A DNA stretch of 5,594 nucleotides from NCBI GenBank assembly GCA_951406725.2, contig CATOCA020000101.1:1-5594 (forward strand). Direction: 5' to 3'. Under the pieces are notes generated by a model. That model saw only the letters and a list, made by a program, of their open reading frames with translations. It ran no database searches and was not told the origin of the DNA. The stretch comes from Octopus vulgaris. Its lineage: Eukaryota. The position numbers were made by a program, and so were the translations under genes. Shown here in pieces: positions 1-5,594 of this stretch; positions within the stretch are counted from its first letter, which is position 1; each line of letters opens with the position of its first letter.

Positions 1-523
1 TTATTATTATTCTGATCCCCCTAGTCGCCACTCTGTTTACTATTTCAGCCTCGCCTCGTTTTTGCATATTCTGTATAATTCACTAGTTATCGTTATAGAT
101 ATTTAGGTTCTATCTCCCTTACAGGGCTGATTAGAAATTGGCTGCCGGTTCTTCGCGGGGTTTCTCTCCCCCTCTTTTTACATTGTCTGTCTGGACTCCT
201 CTTCCTACTCCTCGACATGGCCATGCATACTTAAGCTAGTAACCTGCCTCACTCTTGATTCCGAACTCCTTTTGCCAAGTCTGTCCGTAAACGAAGTGAT
301 CCCAAGATAAGAAATCTTTGAACTTTAATTCATCCGTATCTCTATTTATTATTATTATTTATTAATTATTATTATTCTGATCCCCCTAGTCGCCACTCTG
401 TTTACTATTTCAGCCTCGCCTCGTTTTTGCATATTCTGTATAATTCACTAGTTATCGTTATAGATATTTAAGTTCTATCTCCCTTACAGGGCTGATTAGA
501 AATTGGCTGCCGGTTCTTCGCGG
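1..523. repeat. Direct repeat pair: 1-158 repeated at 366-523 (offset 365 bp), separated by a 207-bp spacer; first copy may extend left of the window
   Basis: ttattattattctgatccccctagtcgcc...ggctgccggttcttcgcgg occurs twice; I find one mismatch (g106 vs a471). The sequences diverge right after ...cttcgcgg (ggtttc vs cgcgcc). Confidence 0.95.
343..376. repeat. Imperfect (TTA)n/(TAA)n microsatellite
   Basis: tatttattattattatttattaattattattatt; the same motif opens the window at 1-11. Confidence 0.85.
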
Positions 524-600
524 CGCGCCCGCCCTACCCACCCCCACCACCAATACCGGATATCTCTATTTTGCTCCAACTATACCGGATGTCGTTTCTC

Positions 601-1225
601 CCACCATTATAGGTGTCTACTCTTTGAACCCCTCTCTTCAATACGCTATTTCACCATGCATTACCCCTCTCTCGATATCCTACGTTCTACTTGCCTAGAA
701 CCTGTCCTCTGAACCACCCCTCCCACTGGTGCTCCCCCATATTTCTGCACCCCCCACCACCATTATAGGTGTCTACTCTTTGAACCCCCCTCTTCAATAC
801 GCTATTTCACCATGCATTACCCCTCTCTCGATATCCTACGTTCTACTTGCCTAGAACCTGTCCTCTGAACCACCCCTCCCGCTGGTGCTCCCCTATATTT
901 CTGCACCCCCACCACCACCATTATAGGTGTCTACTCTTTGAACCCCCTCTTCAATACGCTATTTCACCATGCATTACCCCTCTCTCGATATCCTACGTTC
1001 TACTTGCCTAGAACCTGTCCTCTGAACCACCCCTCCCACTGGTGCTCCCCTATATTTCTGCACCCCCCACCACCATTATAGGTGTCTACTCTTTGAACCC
1101 CCCTCTTCAATACGCTATTTCACCATGCATTACCCTCTCTCGATATCCTACGTTCTACTTGCCTATTACCTGTCCTCTGAACCACCCCTCCCACTGGTGC
1201 TCCCCTATATTTCTGCACCCCCCCA
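601..1225. repeat. Tandem array of 4 near-identical ~156-bp C-rich units (minisatellite/satellite-like)
   Basis: Anchor cattataggtgtctactctttgaaccc at 605, 761, 919 and 1074 (periods 156, 158, 155). Units differ mainly in C-run and (cca)n length plus a few substitutions (e.g. gcctagaacc vs gcctattacc in unit 4). Confidence 0.97.
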
Positions 1226-1470
1226 TAAAAAAAAAAAAAAAAGCACCATCCGAACGTGGCCGATGCCAGACCCCTCTGGCACCTGTGCAGGTGGCACGTA
1301 AAAAACACCCACTACACTCGCGGAGTGGTTGGCGTTAGGAAGGGCATCCAGCTGTAGAAACACTGCCAGACTAGACTGGAGCCTGGGGCAGTCCCGAGCT
1401 CTCCAGACCCCGGTCGAAACCGTCCAACCCGTGCTAGCGCGGAAAACGGACGTTAAACGATGATGATGAT
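1224..1470 (+). mobile_element. 5'-truncated SINE (3' part): one internal repeat unit, conserved core, 3' stem-loop and (GAT)4 tail
   Basis: Homologous to the inverted copies at 4094-4606 and 3498-3554. Core cggagtggttggcgttaggaagggcatccagctgtagaaacactgccaga at 1321-1370; ends ...ggacgttaaac(gat)4. No tRNA-like head or A/B boxes seen. From memory the core resembles the Meta/MESC SINE domain (unverified). Confidence 0.8.
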
Positions 1471-2423
<953 letters not shown>

Positions 2424-2797
2424 CTAGCAGTATCGCCCGGCGTTGCTCAGGTTTGTAAGGAAATAACTATAAAGCATTTTTAGAGAGTTATAGCCAAAAA
2501 ATAGCAAAAAAATGGAAAAAAATTATGGTTAATTTGTTTTTAGTTAAAAAAGGTGGAGTTGCGTCCCCTAGACAGTTTGCGGTTTGTGTTTCTGATTCTC
2601 GACCCCATGTCGAATTTATCGATTTTTCAGAACTGGGGGAACTTTTCAAAATTTTCGCTGCGTTAGTTTTGAATTATGACATTGGGCTATGTGTGTGTCA
2701 AGTTTCATCAGAATCGGTTGAAAGCCGTGGTCAGGGTGAGGGTACAAGCAAACAGACACACAGAAAACGCACAGACAAACTGCCGTTTATATATAGA

Positions 2798-2800
<3 letters not shown>
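2424..2800 (-). mobile_element. Non-autonomous Helitron (rolling-circle transposon), 377 bp, both termini present
   Basis: On the - strand it begins A|TCTTCTATATATAAACGGCAG (5' TC at 2800-2799) and ends ...CCTGAGCAACGCCGGGCGATACTGCTAG|T. This gives a 3' CTAG (CTRR), an imperfect GC-rich hairpin at 2436-2451 lying 12 nt from the end, and insertion between A and T. A degenerate (CTGT)-like repeat lies near the 5' end. No Rep/helicase coding sequence. Confidence 0.85.
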
Positions 2801-3497
<697 letters not shown>

Positions 3498-3554
3498 ATC
3501 ATCATCATCATCATCATCATCGTTTAACGTCCGCTTTCCATGCTAGCATGGGTT
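3498..3554 (-). mobile_element. 57-bp 3' stub of the same SINE family: 33 bp of body plus (GAT)8 tail
   Basis: The - strand reads aacccatgctagcatggaaagcggacgttaaac(gat)8, matching 1426-1470 and 4094-4150. Confidence 0.88.
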
Positions 3555-3887
3555 ATATATATATGTATATATATATGTATATATATATATGTATATATGT
3601 ATATATATATGTATGTATATATGTATGTATATATGTATATATATATGTATGTATATATATATATATATATATGTATGTATATATATATATATATGTATGT
3701 ATATATATATGTATATATATATATGTATGTATATATATATGTATATATATGTATGTATATATATATGTATATATATGTATATATGTATATATATATATAT
3801 GTATATATATATGTATATGTATATATGTATGTATATATATATGTATATATATGTATGTATATGTATATATATGTATATGTATATATG

Positions 3888-3936
<49 letters not shown>

Positions 3937-3993
3937 GTATGTATATATATATATATGTATATATGTATGTATATATATATATATGTATATATG

Positions 3994-4041
<48 letters not shown>

Positions 4042-4093
4042 GTATATATGTATATATATATATATATGTATGTATATATATATATATGTATAT
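3555..4093. repeat. (AT)n microsatellite, tract 3, richer in GTATGT units
   Basis: Direct reading of the sequence. Confidence 0.99.
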
Positions 4094-4606
4094 ATCATCA
4101 TCATCATCATCATCATCATTTAGCGTCCGTTTTCCATGCTAGCATGGGTTGGACGGTTCAACTGGGGTCTGGGAGCCCGAAGGCTGCACCAGGCCAGTCA
4201 GATCTGGCAGTGTTTCTACAGCTGGATGCCCTTCCTAACGCCAACCACTCCGAGAGTGTAGTGGGTGATTTTATGTGCCACCGACACAGGTGCCAGACGA
4301 GGCTGGCGAACGGCCACGCTCGGATGGTGTTTTTATGTGCCACCGACACAGGTGCCAGACGAGGCTGGCAGACGGCCACGCTCGGATGGTGTTTTTATGT
4401 GCCACCGACACAGGTGCCAGATGAGGCTGGCGGACGGCCACGATCGGATGGTGTTTGTTACGTCCCCAAAGCACGGAGGCCAGTCTATGCGGTACTGGCT
4501 ACGGCCACGTTCGGATGATTTTCTTGTGTGCCACCGGCACTGGTCCACAAAGATACAAATTCCATTGATGTTCATCTATTTTGATTTGTTTTGATTTGAT
4601 TTGATT
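4094..4606 (-). mobile_element. Longer 5'-truncated copy of the same SINE: (AAATC)n stretch, 62-bp tandem units, core, 3' stem-loop, (GAT)8 tail
   Basis: 4203-4252 is the exact reverse complement of 1321-1370; (atc)8 lies at 4094-4117. The 5' boundary is uncertain: 4546-4606 is included by contiguity only. Confidence 0.8.
4268..4545 (-). repeat. Internal 62-bp tandem repeat: 3 near-identical units, 1 diverged unit, 1 partial unit
   Basis: atgtgccaccgacacaggtgccaga at 4273, 4335 and 4397 (period 62); diverged equivalents at 4460 and 4526; cggccacgNtcggatg occurs four times. Confidence 0.93.
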
Positions 4607-4766
<160 letters not shown>

Positions 4767-5594
4767 GATTGATTGATTGATTGATTCCAGTTCCAGCCTA
4801 TGAGCTGTGGCCATGCTGGGGCACCGCCATTTGGTGTTGCTACTTGGTTTTACTTCATGGAGGCTTTCTAGCAACTGCTATTTGGTGCATGAGAGAGTTC
4901 GATGCAGCTGCCCTCATCTGCCCCTCCTGCCGTGAAGTTGGTTCATCTGGGACACCCGACAGGAAGAGATCCAGCTTCATTTTAAAGACATCTGTATCCA
5001 CCCAATGCAGGTCTCTCAGGTTCTTCGGGAGGATATTGAAGAGCTGTGGGCCTCGGAAGCCCAGGCTATCACAGAATCTTGTCCTACATCTTGATGGCAG
5101 GTTTGGAGTCCTAGGCACCACGCAGTGGCGCCCAGTTCTGGCATTTGTGTAACTCTCGATGCCAAAGTTCAGGACACTTCCCTCCAGGATCTTCCAGATG
5201 TATATTATGGCATATCTTTCCCGCCTACGCTCCAGGGAGTATAATTTTAATCTCTTGAGTCTTTCCCAGTAGCTTACATTCTGCATAGAGGCTATCTTCT
5301 TTGTGTAGCTTCGTTGGATCGCCTCAAGTTCTGTGATCAACTTGACACTGGATGGTGACCATAGCTGAGAGCAATAGTCAAAGTGGCTTAGGACAAGTGT
5401 CTTCCAGAGGACCATCATGGTTTCTTGTTCTCTTGTTCTAAAGGTTCTAAGAATCCAGCCAGCCAGCCGTCTACATTTCACTGTCAGTTTAGCAACATGT
5501 ACATGAAAGGTCGCGTCATCACTCATGTGAATACCCAGGTCACGCACTGATTGTGCCTCTGGGATTGCAATCCCTCCGGGTCCAGTGTATTCAT
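4767..5594 (-). mobile_element. 3' end of a non-LTR retrotransposon (LINE, CR1/L2 group): end of ORF2, ~68-nt 3' UTR, (AATC)5 tail; continues beyond the window
   Basis: RT C-terminal ORF with TGA stop at 4857-4855, short UTR 4854-4787, and (gatt)5 at 4767-4786 on +. A short tandem-repeat tail rather than poly(A) is typical of CR1/L2-group LINEs. Confidence 0.9.
4855..5592 (-). CDS. C-terminal part of LINE ORF2 (post-YADD/thumb region of the reverse transcriptase); 5'-partial
   Basis: Motifs VRDLGI...[51 protein letters not shown] and FNILP...FK.KLD are characteristic of CR1-group ORF2 C-termini. The frame stays open upstream of the ORF-track start ([20 protein letters not shown]) to the window edge, so the GTG at 5547 is not a real start. 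Confidence 0.9.
   Translation of the reverse strand, partial: EYTGPGGIAIPEAQSVRDLGIHMSDDATFHVHVAKLTVKCRRLAGWILRTFRTREQETMMVLWKTLVLSHFDYCSQLWSPSSVKLITELEAIQRSYTKKIASMQNVSYWERLKRLKLYSLERRRERYAIIYIWKILEGSVLNFGIESYTNARTGRHCVVPRTPNLPSRCRTRFCDSLGFRGPQLFNILPKNLRDLHWVDTDVFKMKLDLFLSGVPDEPTSRQEGQMRAAASNSLMHQIAVARKPP

Noticed and set aside
124-160. Hammerhead or HDV-like ribozyme around gggctgattagaaattggctgccggttcttcgcgg
   Set aside because: CUGAUUA is not the CUGANGA core and there is no stem II before GAAA. I could not build P1/P1.1 for an HDV fold. An Infernal/RNAMotif search would be decisive.
1-523. LTR pair with primer-binding site (tggctgcc)
   Set aside because: No TG...CA termini, the TGG lies inside the repeat rather than after it, and there is no gag/pol sequence.
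601-1225. CRISPR-like array or coding repeat (ORFs 503-712 and 1042-1338)
   Set aside because: Units are near-identical along their whole length with no unique spacers; periods of 155 and 158 break frame; no cas genes; eukaryotic context.
4268-4545. CRISPR-like repeat-spacer pattern with hairpins (62-bp period)
   Set aside because: The putative spacers are also repeated, and the unit is part of the SINE as shown by the copy at 1224-1305.
4158-4594. Short ORFs on both strands over the SINE
   Set aside because: They arise from the GC-rich 62-bp repeat, whose peptide rotates through frames; no coding signal.
4781-5152. 123-aa + strand ORF
   Set aside because: Antisense shadow of the LINE ORF2 with no recognisable motifs.

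Overview
This is eukaryotic, repeat-only DNA with no host gene. The SINE and LINE sequences and the extreme (AT)n content resemble what I recall from octopus/cephalopod genomes (recollection, not a database result). From left to right: a 158-bp direct repeat pair (period 365) bordered by (TTA)n; four tandem copies of a ~156-bp C-rich unit; the 3' part of a (GAT)n-tailed SINE (+); then about 2.35 kb of (AT)n/(GT) microsatellite cut into four tracts. The tracts are separated by a complete 377-bp non-autonomous Helitron (-), a 57-bp 3' stub of the same SINE (-), and a longer copy of that SINE (-) carrying internal 62-bp hairpin repeats. The window ends in the 3' end of a CR1/L2-group LINE (-), with an uninterrupted RT C-terminal reading frame, a short structured 3' UTR and an (AATC)n tail. 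The long Ile/Tyr ORFs are microsatellite artefacts. The most notable feature is that three different transposon classes all abut what looks like one strand-polarised AT tract.
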